Of a DNA stretch of 59,527 nucleotides, positions 52,454-59,527 are shown in pieces. The stretch spans positions 1 through 59,527 of the forward strand of contig JAACDG010000072.1 in assembly GCA_009937025.1 (NCBI GenBank). Direction: 5' to 3'. Every line of letters begins with the position of its first letter. Position 1 is the first letter of the stretch. The notes under the pieces are model-generated. The model had not been told where the DNA came from. It worked only from the letters and a program-made list of their open reading frames with translations, and ran no database searches. Position numbers and translations under genes: made by a program. This stretch comes from Methanobacteriota archaeon (GTDB lineage Archaea > Thermoplasmatota > Poseidoniia > Poseidoniales > Poseidoniaceae).

Positions 52454-53698
52454 TCACTCAATTCGAGTTCGGCCAACAAATGTTGCAGCTGAGAGTATGC
52501 CGAATAATGTCAGAGCGACACCTATACTTGGAAGAAGTGAATCTTCTATCGGCACTGGGTCAGAGACCGCCTCAAGGGATTCTTCACAAAGTATCCAATG
52601 GCCATCAGTACCTGGTTCGACTGAACCAGTTAAACCTCCGCCCTCTGAAAGGTATAGAGTGCCAGAACCAGCTGGCCATTCAACGACGTAATTACCTGGG
52701 TAATTGATTTGTGTAGCGTCCCAAACTGGCATTCCATTTACATTCCAAGTCTCTTTACAAGGACAAGAATATGGAGTCCAAAATTCATAGTCTTGGTCTT
52801 CGCCTGGTGCGGTTGCAATCAAACCATTTGAATCGACGTATGTCGCTTGGTAATACATGCCCGAGTTCACTGGATATTCGTAAATATCACCAACAGAAAC
52901 CAAAGTTGTAGAATTCCAAACGCCCGATGTAGTAATTCCTTCACAAGGCCCTGGGTTTACCCCATTTCCATTACAAAGGACCCAGTGATTATCAACGCCT
53001 GGTTCTCCAGCGCCTGTGGTCACTCCTAATGGTTCCAAAGGCATATACAAATTACCAGAACCTGCAGGATGTTCAACAACATAGTTTCCTGGATAAGCAG
53101 TACCAGCAACCCACACAGGTTCTCCATTTGCCGCCCAAGTTTCCTTACATGGGCAAGAATAAGGCACCCAGAATTCATCTGCACTGCCGTCTTCAACAGG
53201 GTTTGCAACCCAGTCCGGTCCACCATTTGCATCCTCATGAGTGAAGATGATCTGGTAATAAGTACCTGAATTTGCAGGATATTCGTAAATGTCCCCAACT
53301 GCTCCTGAAGTTGTGTTATCCCAAACTGATACATTTAGACCAGCACAAGGGTTTCCTGAAGGCTGGTTTGGTTCTTCTCCATTACAAAGAACCCAGTGAT
53401 TATCAACGCCTGGTTCTCCAGCGCCTGTGGTCACTCCTAATGATTCCAAAGGTATGTACAAATTACCAGAACCTGCAGGATGTTCGACTACATAGTTTCC
53501 GGGATAAGCAGTACCAGCAACCCACACAGGTTGTCCATTTGCCGCCCAAGTTTCCTTACATGGACAGTCAATCGGAGACCAAACATCCATATCGATGTCT
53601 GGAGCACTTACGCTCCAGAAAGGACCTCCTGCATTGACTTGGTAATACGTTCCTGAATTGACAGGATATTCGTAGACTTCACCGGATGTGACATTCAT
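52454..53698 (-). CDS. C-terminal portion of a repetitive cell-surface protein (CBM5/12-like modules, C-terminal TM anchor); no signal peptide of its own
   Basis: Repeated CPCKETWAANG.PVWVAGTAYPGNYVVEHPAGSGNLY and VW.xTT..xGDIYEYPxNSGxYYQ modules. Anchor LLPSIGVALTLFGILSAATFV. Same frame as the upstream ORF across a single TAG. Confidence 0.7.
   Translation of the reverse strand: MNVTSGEVYEYPVNSGTYYQVNAGGPFWSVSAPDIDMDVWSPIDCPCKETWAANGQPVWVAGTAYPGNYVVEHPAGSGNLYIPLESLGVTTGAGEPGVDNHWVLCNGEEPNQPSGNPCAGLNVSVWDNTTSGAVGDIYEYPANSGTYYQIIFTHEDANGGPDWVANPVEDGSADEFWVPYSCPCKETWAANGEPVWVAGTAYPGNYVVEHPAGSGNLYMPLEPLGVTTGAGEPGVDNHWVLCNGNGVNPGPCEGITTSGVWNSTTLVSVGDIYEYPVNSGMYYQATYVDSNGLIATAPGEDQDYEFWTPYSCPCKETWNVNGMPVWDATQINYPGNYVVEWPAGSGTLYLSEGGGLTGSVEPGTDGHWILCEESLEAVSDPVPIEDSLLPSIGVALTLFGILSAATFVGRTRIE
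52968..53155. repeat. Internal direct repeat copy A (~188 nt, ~95 percent identical to 53379..53566)
   Basis: Hand alignment at an offset of 411 nt (137 codons) gives about 9 mismatches in ~188 nt. Confidence 0.8.
53379..53566. repeat. Internal direct repeat copy B
   Basis: See copy A. Both encode ...NHWVLCNG... / CPCKETWAANG.PVWVAGTAYPGNYVVEHPAGSGNLY. Confidence 0.8.
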
Positions 53699-53779
53699 TG
53701 AGGAGTCCCAAACACCAACAACCGTGAGGCCCGCACATTCAGTGCCATTGGCCGGTTCATCTGGTGAACTGCAGAGTTC

Positions 53780-53782
53780 CTA
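53780..53782 (-). other. In-frame amber (TAG) codon at a conserved Trp position, joining ORFs 53780..55432 and 52454..53698
   Basis: 53782 minus 53698 = 84 nt = 28 codons, so the frame is the same. The context reads DPE-TAG-ELC, against W-x-x-C in six paralogous linkers. Confidence 0.85.
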
Positions 53783-55432
53783 TTCTGGATCTGTACCTGG
53801 TTCGTCTCCAGGGCCTGGTGCAGGCGAAGTGATATACAGCATCGAAGAGCCAGCAGGCCATTCAACGACAGAGTTAGGAGAATACGTTACTGAAGCATCC
53901 CAGACTGGACTGCCAGCAGCCACCCATTCTTCTTCACATGGGCAATCAACTGGAGCCCAAATATCCAAATTAGTAGTAGGGGAGTCGACATTTTGGTCGA
54001 GATATCCTTGAATTATAACTTCGTAATAATTTCCTGAGTTGGCTGGGTATTCGTAAACTTCACCGGTTGAAACTCGGGATAAATTGTCCCATACGCCTAC
54101 TGAGGCTGAACTGCCACATGGGCCGCCGCCTGCAGGTTCTCCTCCACCACAAAGTTCCCATTCATTGCCATCGGCAAAGGGTTGGGTTGGTGTTACGCCT
54201 GTTGTTGTTTGGCTAACAATCGCCATCCAGATGTCTCCGGTTCCAATTGGATACTCGACCATCATTCCAACATCGTAAACTGTGTTTGAATCCCATACTG
54301 GGCTACCAGCTGTCAACCAAATGTCATCACAATCACAGTACTTTTCTGACCATGCATCAAGATCCATTCCTGGCTCACCAACGATTTGGTTGTTGATTCC
54401 GGGAGAGACAGTATAGAAGTGTCCAGACCCGGTTGGGAATTCATAAATTTCTCCTGCAGATACAAGAGTTGTGTTATACCAGGGCATGCCTCCATAGCCG
54501 TTGAATTCCTCACATGGGCCACCGCTTGGCTCCTCACTAGGACAAAGTCTCCATTTATCGGTCTGATTTGGGGCATCGACGGGATAAGCGACCCAAGCAA
54601 TGTAGAGTGTGCCAGAGCCGGCTGGCCATTCAACAACTGAATTTGATGGGTAGGTCGCAGTAGAATCCCATACTGGCTCTCCACTATCGCTCCAGATATC
54701 CATACAATCACAATACTCTTCATCCCAAGCATCCAAATCGACACCAGGCTCTCCTACTGTTTGATTACTGATGGAAGGAGCCACCATGTAGAAATTGCTC
54801 GAATCTGCTGGATACTCGTAGATGTCCCCTTCGGAAACTAGCACTGTACTATCCCATACAGTAATGACCATTCCAATCAATTCATCACAAGGTGTTGAAT
54901 CTTCATGTGTACACTGAACCCAAAGGTCATTGCCTACAACTGGTTCATCTCCAGCCATGGTTCCAGCGTCTTGTGCAATCCAAGCACTACCGTTGTGAAG
55001 GACGATTCGCCACGCTTCATAAGGAACGGTAGCATCCCAACTAATGCCACTTGCTTCAGCAATTTCCAAACACGAGCAAGGGCCTATCCAATGGCCTTCT
55101 TCTACGGAACCACCAGATGAATTAATTTGAGTTTGGTAAAATTGGCCTGAGTTTGCTGGCCATTCAACAATGTCATCGACTGCATACGTGGCGCTGCTAT
55201 CCCATAGAGGTCCACCCATTCCGTCGCTAATTCCATTGAAAGAACAATCTGAATCAACGGAATTATTTCCATTCATCCCATTGCTTGCATTGCCTTGCCG
55301 CCCTGAAAATTTCACATTTTGTTCGCTATTATCTTCATAACCATTGTTTTTTTCTTCAAACGTATCCATTCCTGCAAGCGATACCTGTAAAGTAAGTAAA
55401 GCCACAATTATCAAACATATTGCATTCCGCAT
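53780..55432 (-). CDS. N-terminal portion of the repetitive cell-surface protein (signal peptide plus CBM5/12-like modules); lacks an anchor
   Basis: Signal MRNAICLIIVALLTLQVSLAG. Modules such as PVWDSTATYPSNSVVEWPAGSGTLYIAW match the chitin-binding type 3 / CBM5_12 pattern W..x..Y..G..V.[YW].G..Y. Confidence 0.75.
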   Translation of the reverse strand: MRNAICLIIVALLTLQVSLAGMDTFEEKNNGYEDNSEQNVKFSGRQGNASNGMNGNNSVDSDCSFNGISDGMGGPLWDSSATYAVDDIVEWPANSGQFYQTQINSSGGSVEEGHWIGPCSCLEIAEASGISWDATVPYEAWRIVLHNGSAWIAQDAGTMAGDEPVVGNDLWVQCTHEDSTPCDELIGMVITVWDSTVLVSEGDIYEYPADSSNFYMVAPSISNQTVGEPGVDLDAWDEEYCDCMDIWSDSGEPVWDSTATYPSNSVVEWPAGSGTLYIAWVAYPVDAPNQTDKWRLCPSEEPSGGPCEEFNGYGGMPWYNTTLVSAGEIYEFPTGSGHFYTVSPGINNQIVGEPGMDLDAWSEKYCDCDDIWLTAGSPVWDSNTVYDVGMMVEYPIGTGDIWMAIVSQTTTGVTPTQPFADGNEWELCGGGEPAGGGPCGSSASVGVWDNLSRVSTGEVYEYPANSGNYYEVIIQGYLDQNVDSPTTNLDIWAPVDCPCEEEWVAAGSPVWDASVTYSPNSVVEWPAGSSMLYITSPAPGPGDEPGTDPE

Positions 55433-55453
55433 ACCTTCTACTCACCATGCAGG

Positions 55454-55463
55454 TATATATTTA
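55454..55463 (-). promoter_or_regulatory. TATA-like box (AAATATATAC on minus strand) ~25 nt upstream of the surface-protein ATG
   Basis: AT-rich element whose spacing from ATG 55432 would suit a leaderless or short-leader archaeal transcript. Confidence 0.3.
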
Positions 55464-55485
55464 TTCTTCATTGACTCATATATCC

Positions 55486-55503
55486 GTAATGAAAAGTCAT
55501 TAC
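55486..55503 (-). terminator. Hairpin GTAATGA-(4 nt)-TCATTAC downstream of the mcm stop
   Basis: 7-bp stem, 4-nt loop, ~47 nt after the mcm TGA, in an AT-rich spacer. Confidence 0.25.
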
Positions 55504-55549
55504 ATATGAGAAAGGGAGAGGTTTTCCAAGGATTCACTGGAAAAGAGCA

Positions 55550-57739
55550 TCAAGCAATTTGCAATGTATCATAGCCTGAAGGTCGAAGCATTCGGCCGTG
55601 TTGGCAGAGCTTTTCAATGACATCTTCTGCAGTTGAACGGTTAATGTCGTAACGTTCTGCTTCGTTGAATACATCCAAGAGTTGGGCTATGCCGCCGTTG
55701 TTTGCAGACAAAGATGCGACGATTTCCATAATGGCTTTCTCTCGATTACGGACGGACCCTTTCTTGCCGGTGACAAGCGTTGTTTCATCGAAATTACCAC
55801 CCATCAAGTCTTCTCGCCAAAGACGAGTCATCAGAACTGCCCGTTCTGCATCTTCCAGCGTAGCCACTTGCGAGAGACGGATACGAGCGCTGGCTTCTGC
55901 TAAACGAGCCAAAGCCTCAAGAGAACGTGCGGTGATGGCAACGCTGTCGTTTGAGTCGCCGGTTTGTTTTCGAGTCTCAACATAAAATTTGACGATGATG
56001 TCTCGCGCTTCTTGTTCAAGATGGGGGTGAACTGTTCGCTTGGAATAAGCAATGTATTTTCGGATTAAATCCCGAGAGAGAACTTCGCCATGTTCCGAAG
56101 TGTGTTCTATGCCGGAACGAGATGTGCCCTTGGTTGGGTCAGGGGCGCTGCCTTCACTGACCAATAATTCACTTGTACCCTGCAAACGATTACTGATGAT
56201 GTGTTGTGCAATCTTCGCATCTTTCTCTGTTTCGGGGTCATCGGTTAACAACCCAATGATGTCAAATCGAGAAACCAAAGGAGGGGCGAGATTGATTTGT
56301 GCGGTGAATGGAACTTCTGAAACTGGCTCAAATCGACCGTTTTTCGGATTCGCTGCCGCAAGTACTGCGCAACGGGTACGAAGGCTCGCGTTGATTCCTG
56401 CTTTCGATATCGAAATTGGCTGTTGTTCCATCGCTTCGTGCATACTCGAACGGTCGCCTTCATTCATTTTGTCGAATTCGTCAATAGCCGCGAGTCCAAG
56501 GTCAGCAAGAACCAATGCTCCAGCCTCTAAAGTCCAACGCCCATCAGCAGCAGCATCCTGAACTGCGGCAGCGGTAAGACCTGCGGCCGATGCTGATTGG
56601 CCCGAGGTAAAGCGACCACGAGGAGAAATTGTCGACATGTAACTGAGCAGTTGGGATTTTGCAACACCAGGGTCACCCATGAGCAAAATATGGATGTCGC
56701 CACGGTTTCTTGTGCCGTCGGAATTGAGTCGGGCCACGCCACCAAATAATTGCAACATCAACGATTGCTTGACTGAAGTCATGCCAAAAATCGAAGGGGC
56801 GATGCTGTTGGTAAACAACTCGTAAATATCGGGACGGCGTGCCAACTCTTTGATTTCTAATTCCTCATCTTCGGTAATGACGATTTCCTCAAGAGGGATG
56901 TTTTGTCGCTCAAGTGAATGAATCCGCAAAAATATATCGAAAACTGGGGTGTCTTTTCCACCCTTTCTTTGAGACCGAATAAACAAAACTCCGTTTGCTT
57001 TGACACGGTCTCCTGGGTTGAGTTTACCTGCCAAATCATGTTCAGCGATACAGATGATTCGTTCAGGCTGAATCCCACCCTTCATTTGTTCAGGTAATTC
57101 CTGCAATTCCATAAATTGTGAATTGATGAGGATAGAATCTTTTTGATTCAATTCAAAGCGAGTTTGACGCTTTGCTCGACCGCATCCACCGTCTAATTGC
57201 TGGCATTCGATTGGTTCGATGAGTTCTTGTTCATTTGGTTGATTGACAATCATCGAATGGCCGCAGGCAACACATTCGAACGTCGCAGCATAGATACGGG
57301 GTCGGACGCCTGAAATTTTGGTCGTAACAGCGTCGATTGCAAGCATCATGCCAATGTCATCTGCGCGTAGTTGTGATACGGTTCGGACTTGGTCAACGGG
57401 GAGGTGAACAATGCGAACGAATGGGTACATCGTGCTGTGTCCAGCGTCCAAAAGGAATTGGCGTAAAGCTTGGTTCGAGGCATGGAAATGAAGTTCCGGG
57501 TGTTGAACGATGTCATGGGCAAACTCGTGGTCAAATCCTTCAATAACACGATACGAAACTTCAAGCGATTGTTCATCGGGCCACATCTGAGCAAGGTTGT
57601 GCACCGATTCTGCGAAGTGGTCTTGAATCAAAGAAGTCCAACGAGCAGGGAGGTCGAATTCTTGAAGCATTTTGCGCACCTGATAAACGCGGGAGAGGCT
57701 CCCGACTTCCAAACAATATCGCCAACGGTATTTAGCCAT
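55550..57739 (-). CDS. mcm: MCM replicative helicase
   Basis: Zn-motif region CVACGH...CQQLDGGC, Walker A ILLMGDPGVAKSQLL, Walker B AAIDEFDKM, arginine finger SRFDII, C-terminal winged-helix-like tail. Confidence 0.95.
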   Translation of the reverse strand: MAKYRWRYCLEVGSLSRVYQVRKMLQEFDLPARWTSLIQDHFAESVHNLAQMWPDEQSLEVSYRVIEGFDHEFAHDIVQHPELHFHASNQALRQFLLDAGHSTMYPFVRIVHLPVDQVRTVSQLRADDIGMMLAIDAVTTKISGVRPRIYAATFECVACGHSMIVNQPNEQELIEPIECQQLDGGCGRAKRQTRFELNQKDSILINSQFMELQELPEQMKGGIQPERIICIAEHDLAGKLNPGDRVKANGVLFIRSQRKGGKDTPVFDIFLRIHSLERQNIPLEEIVITEDEELEIKELARRPDIYELFTNSIAPSIFGMTSVKQSLMLQLFGGVARLNSDGTRNRGDIHILLMGDPGVAKSQLLSYMSTISPRGRFTSGQSASAAGLTAAAVQDAAADGRWTLEAGALVLADLGLAAIDEFDKMNEGDRSSMHEAMEQQPISISKAGINASLRTRCAVLAAANPKNGRFEPVSEVPFTAQINLAPPLVSRFDIIGLLTDDPETEKDAKIAQHIISNRLQGTSELLVSEGSAPDPTKGTSRSGIEHTSEHGEVLSRDLIRKYIAYSKRTVHPHLEQEARDIIVKFYVETRKQTGDSNDSVAITARSLEALARLAEASARIRLSQVATLEDAERAVLMTRLWREDLMGGNFDETTLVTGKKGSVRNREKAIMEIVASLSANNGGIAQLLDVFNEAERYDINRSTAEDVIEKLCQHGRMLRPSGYDTLQIA

Positions 57740-57756
57740 GACCTCGCGAAAATCCT

Positions 57757-57777
57757 ACCCCTCCGTTTCCATTGGAA
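57757..57777 (-). promoter_or_regulatory. Origin-recognition-box (ORB)-like element TTCCAATGGAAACGGAGGGGT
   Basis: The minus strand shows a perfect TTCCA/TGGAA dyad, then AAC, then GGAGGGGT, 18 nt upstream of the mcm ATG. Confidence 0.4.
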
Positions 57778-57794
57778 AAGAGATGGTTTGACGC

Positions 57795-57812
57795 GCCCCG
57801 TTTACATTGGAA
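57795..57812 (-). promoter_or_regulatory. Second, degenerate ORB-like element TTCCAATGTAAACGGGGC
   Basis: Same orientation, 35 nt from the first. Shares TTCCAATG.AAACGG and a G-rich tail. Confidence 0.3.
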
Positions 57813-57836
57813 ATTGATGTCCACTGCCAAATTGCC

Positions 57837-58901
57837 ATGACCGCAGATAACATGAGGAAGGAGAGCGTCGCTTGGGGTATGCCGAAGCATGCATTTGCAC
57901 CCGTTGAAGGTCGTATCGAGAGATGGGTCTTGGACTCCCCGCTTTTAGAAAACCGGCTGGGCGACCCGACTGAGCGTGAAATCCTCACCCACATTTCTCC
58001 CGAAGGAACCGCTTTGATGGAACAAGGAACCGCTTTGCCAGTGCTGATTTATTTGGCTCCATTCACTTCATCAGGACCTGCTCGTGCAGGATGGAAAGCA
58101 TTCGCTGAAACATTGCCCCAGCGTCATGAGCGTCTGGTTAAATCTGGCAAAATGAAGCCGGTCATCTTGGTCATGCCGGATACATTTACTACGCTTGGAG
58201 GAAACCAATTTGTTGATTCACCAGTGCTGGGAAAGTGGTCATCTTGGCTTGCAGAAGCTCTGAAGCCAGCCATTCAAACGCGCTATTCGACCAATGAAAA
58301 GTTTGGGTTAATTGGAAAATCTTCTGGAGGATACGGCGCATTGGTCAATGCCATGCTGCAACCCAATTCATGGAATGCTGTTGCGAGTCATTCAGGTGAT
58401 GTTGGTTTCGAGACAATGTTTTTGCCGACCTTTGCCGAAACGTTGACTCATGTCCACAGATTTGGCGGGGTTGCACCCTATGTCCAACATGTTCGCGATG
58501 CTGCGGCTCTTTCGGGACCTGATTTTCATTCACTGATGATTTGTGCAATGGCTGCATCATACGACCCTCGCGCACCAAGTCCAGGGAATCCTCTTGGAAT
58601 TGTCTTACCACTTGATGAGAAGACCGCTGTCATCGAAAACGAAGCATGGTCTCGCTGGATGGATTTTGACCCGTTGATGCTTGTCGAATCCAATCATTCT
58701 GCACTGGCGAAGTTGGATTGTCTATTGATTGATTGTGGGAGTCGAGACCAATACCATATCCAATATGGAAGTCGGCGATTTGTCGAACGTTTGGCGGCAT
58801 TTGGAATCGAACATACTTGGGAAGAATTTGATGGCACCCATTCTGGAATTGATTTTAGATTAGATACAAGTTTTTCGCAATTGTCGAAGGTCTTGTCCTA
58901 A
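57837..58901 (+). CDS. Alpha/beta hydrolase, putative esterase (enterochelin-esterase/esterase D-like)
   Basis: GLIGKSSGGYGAL nucleophile elbow and downstream His-containing C-terminus. The track start at 57807 is TTG; first ATG is 57837. Confidence 0.75.
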   Translation: MTADNMRKESVAWGMPKHAFAPVEGRIERWVLDSPLLENRLGDPTEREILTHISPEGTALMEQGTALPVLIYLAPFTSSGPARAGWKAFAETLPQRHERLVKSGKMKPVILVMPDTFTTLGGNQFVDSPVLGKWSSWLAEALKPAIQTRYSTNEKFGLIGKSSGGYGALVNAMLQPNSWNAVASHSGDVGFETMFLPTFAETLTHVHRFGGVAPYVQHVRDAAALSGPDFHSLMICAMAASYDPRAPSPGNPLGIVLPLDEKTAVIENEAWSRWMDFDPLMLVESNHSALAKLDCLLIDCGSRDQYHIQYGSRRFVERLAAFGIEHTWEEFDGTHSGIDFRLDTSFSQLSKVLS

Positions 58902-58956
58902 TTTCAACAAGGGTTCGAGGCGGTTAGTTCTTCAAACGCCTTCTTTTGAAGGTGGT

Positions 58957-59527
58957 ATGGCCGAGCCCATGGACTATGCAAGTGCGGGCGTCGATATTGA
59001 CCTTGAAGGGTCTGCTGTAGCCTCTCTCATCGCTTCACTGAGCGCATCCAGTCGACCAGCAGGTACTCCGGGAGCCCCTGTTGATTTACCCGGCGGATTT
59101 GGTGGATTAATCGAGTTCGGCGATTCTTTACTCGCTCTTGCTACGGATGGAGTCGGAAGTAAATTACAAATCGCTTCTTTACTCAAACAATGGGGTGGAG
59201 TTGGTATTGATTGTATGGCGATGAATGTCAATGATTTACTGTGCGTTGGAGCAGAGCCAATTGCATTTGTCGATTATGTAGCGGTGCCAAAACCCGACCC
59301 TGAAACCCATGCAGCACTCGGAGCGTCATTGGCAGAGGCGTGTCGTTTGGCTCGAGTAACCTTAGCCGGTGGAGAGACTGCCTCCCTGCCTGGCATCGTT
59401 ACCGAACTCGACCTTTCTGGCACTGCACTTGGCTATGTTAAGAAAGGCAATGCGATCACTGGAGAACATTTGGAATCTGGAGATGTTCTTATCGGCTTAC
59501 CTTCTTCTGGCGTTCATTCAAATGGCT
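58957..59527 (+). CDS. purM: Phosphoribosylformylglycinamidine cyclo-ligase (AIR synthetase), 5' part; runs off the window
   Basis: Not in the track (no stop in the window). Hand translation from ATG 58957 gives MAEPMDYASAGVDID...ATDGVGSKLQIA...GIDCMAMNVNDLLCVGAEPIAFVDY...LAGGETASLPG...PSSGVHSNG, the canonical PurM motifs. Confidence 0.9.
   Translation, partial: MAEPMDYASAGVDIDLEGSAVASLIASLSASSRPAGTPGAPVDLPGGFGGLIEFGDSLLALATDGVGSKLQIASLLKQWGGVGIDCMAMNVNDLLCVGAEPIAFVDYVAVPKPDPETHAALGASLAEACRLARVTLAGGETASLPGIVTELDLSGTALGYVKKGNAITGEHLESGDVLIGLPSSGVHSNG

Noticed and set aside
58929-58950. CTTCAAA-(8 nt)-TTTGAAG hairpin between the esterase gene and purM as a terminator
   Set aside because: The stem is only 7 bp and AT-rich, no following T-run is present, and it ends 6 nt before the purM ATG. 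It is too weak to call.
1-59527. CRISPR arrays, integrases, transposases, prophage or toxin-antitoxin modules as the hidden system
   Set aside because: No regularly spaced direct repeats were seen. No recombinase, transposase or capsid-like motifs were recognised in any listed ORF. Gene content is housekeeping plus surface proteins with uniform-looking composition. I could not compute GC or k-mer profiles to exclude subtle islands.

Overview
Densely coded chromosomal window (about 40 genes, no rRNA, tRNA, CRISPR or mobile-element genes recognised) from an archaeon. Archaeal markers are MCM helicase, GatE, two Pth2 peptidyl-tRNA hydrolases, a TFB-like factor and a RaSEA-like radical SAM protein. 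The giant propeller/FN3-like surface protein, MaeB and the bacterial-type AddAB-like pair fit a marine planktonic euryarchaeote such as Marine Group II; that placement is inference only. Two genes missing from the ORF track run off the window ends: a ~925-codon helical/PIN-like protein (1..2777, minus) and purM (58957..59527, plus). Observations worth a second look: (1) A ~990-codon cell-surface protein of CBM5/12-like modules is split by one in-frame TAG at a conserved Trp position (53780..53782). A second TAG-terminated gene (6735) has a 45-codon in-frame, coding-like extension. (2) Two origin-recognition-box-like repeats (TTCCAATGGAAACGGAGGGGT) lie directly upstream of mcm. (3) A translationally coupled AddA/AddB-like helicase-nuclease pair (1651 + 1253 aa) carries Cas4/AddB-style cysteine signatures in both nuclease domains. 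(4) A polytopic membrane protein has two canonical C-terminal EF-hands. (5) An 835-aa His/Trp/Arg-rich orphan protein ends a long co-directional gene string. (6) Tandem pth2 paralogues. (7) A PQQ-propeller/DUF4430-like protein plus an S-component-like membrane protein are start/stop-coupled to gatE. I did not find a clear-cut new multi-gene system. All domain calls rest on motif recognition by eye and need profile searches.
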